A stretch of DNA of 35,325 bases, from the IMG/VR virus record IMGVR_UViG_2671180296_000012. One strand, 5' to 3'. Shown here piece after piece: positions 34,777 to 35,325 of this stretch. The stretch comes from a virus. Taxonomy: Duplodnaviria > Heunggongvirae > Uroviricota > Caudoviricetes. The notes under the pieces are model-generated. The model saw only the letters and a list, made by a program, of their open reading frames with translations. It ran no database searches and was not told the DNA's origin. How positions within the stretch are numbered: the first letter of the stretch is position 1; every line of letters starts with the position of its first letter. The translations under genes were made by a program, and so were the position numbers.

Positions 34777-35325
34777 TCACTGATCAAGCAAATCTGCACG
34801 CGCAGCGCTCAAATATTGCAACATTGACCACAGAGTCAGTACCGCAGCCACAAAGAAAAGTGCAATACCGGCGTACTCAACCCAAATGTTCGGACGCCAC
34901 AGCAGCCAGGCCAGCGCTACCATCTGGGCAGTGGTTTTCACTTTCCCAATCCAGGAGACAGCCACGCTACTGCGTTTACCCAACTCTGCCATCCATTCGC
35001 GTAGCGCAGAAATAATAATTTCACGGGCGATCATCGTTGCCGCCGGTAATGTCACCCACCAGCTGTGATAATGCTCGGTTACCAGCACCATGGCGATAGC
35101 CACGAGAACTTTATCTGCTACAGGGTCAAGGAAAGCACCAAACCGGGTACTCTGGTTCCAGCGGCGTGCCAGAAAACCATCGAACCAGTCAGTCACCGCC
35201 GCGACGCAGAAAATGAGCGCGGCGGCAAACGGCGACCAGGTGACAGGCAGATAAAAGACCAATACAAAGAATGGGATAAGGATGACACGGAACAGTGTAA
35301 GCAACGTAGGGATATTAAATTGCAT
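34777..35325 (-). CDS. pgsA: CDP-diacylglycerol--glycerol-3-phosphate 3-phosphatidyltransferase (phosphatidylglycerophosphate synthase)
   Basis: 182-aa ORF (start codon at window end) with the CDP-alcohol phosphotransferase motif [10 protein letters not shown]...[10 protein letters not shown]; matches E. coli PgsA as recalled; upstream of glyW-cysT-leuZ as in E. coli. Confidence 0.95.

Overview
This window is almost entirely one P2-family (Peduovirus-like) temperate prophage, about 33 kb, running from a complete tyrosine integrase at position 1 to the late activator ogr at about 33.0 kb. To its right are a small AT-rich module (hok-like toxin plus a secreted Cys-rich ORF) and the host pgsA-glyW-cysT-leuZ locus, which indicates an Escherichia-like chromosome. 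All calls rest on reading the six-frame translations and the DNA by eye, with homology judged from recalled protein families; no searches were run. The backbone is recognisable as: int, an XRE-type repressor, a cox-like early operon, replication gene A, portal Q and terminase P (leftward), then O-N-M-L-X, a lysis cassette, R-S-V-W-J-I-H-G, and a tail module FI-FII-E/E'-T-U followed by D and ogr. The most likely sites for undescribed biology are the accessory regions: (1) two leftward genes between int and the repressor, one of which shares a peptide motif with the repressor tail; (2) the A-to-Q hotspot, which holds a parM/parR actin-type segregation pair with upstream palindromes and a translationally coupled pair of unknown proteins (174 and 196 aa); (3) a Hin/Gin-type invertase with a frame-preserving invertible tail-fibre cassette; (4) the hok-like module at the right end, bracketed by about 36-bp imperfect direct repeats. 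Two further oddities are an in-frame TAG near the start of baseplate gene V and a tail module that lies on the opposite strand from the canonical P2 layout. I cannot tell from sequence alone whether the unknown genes form a defence system.
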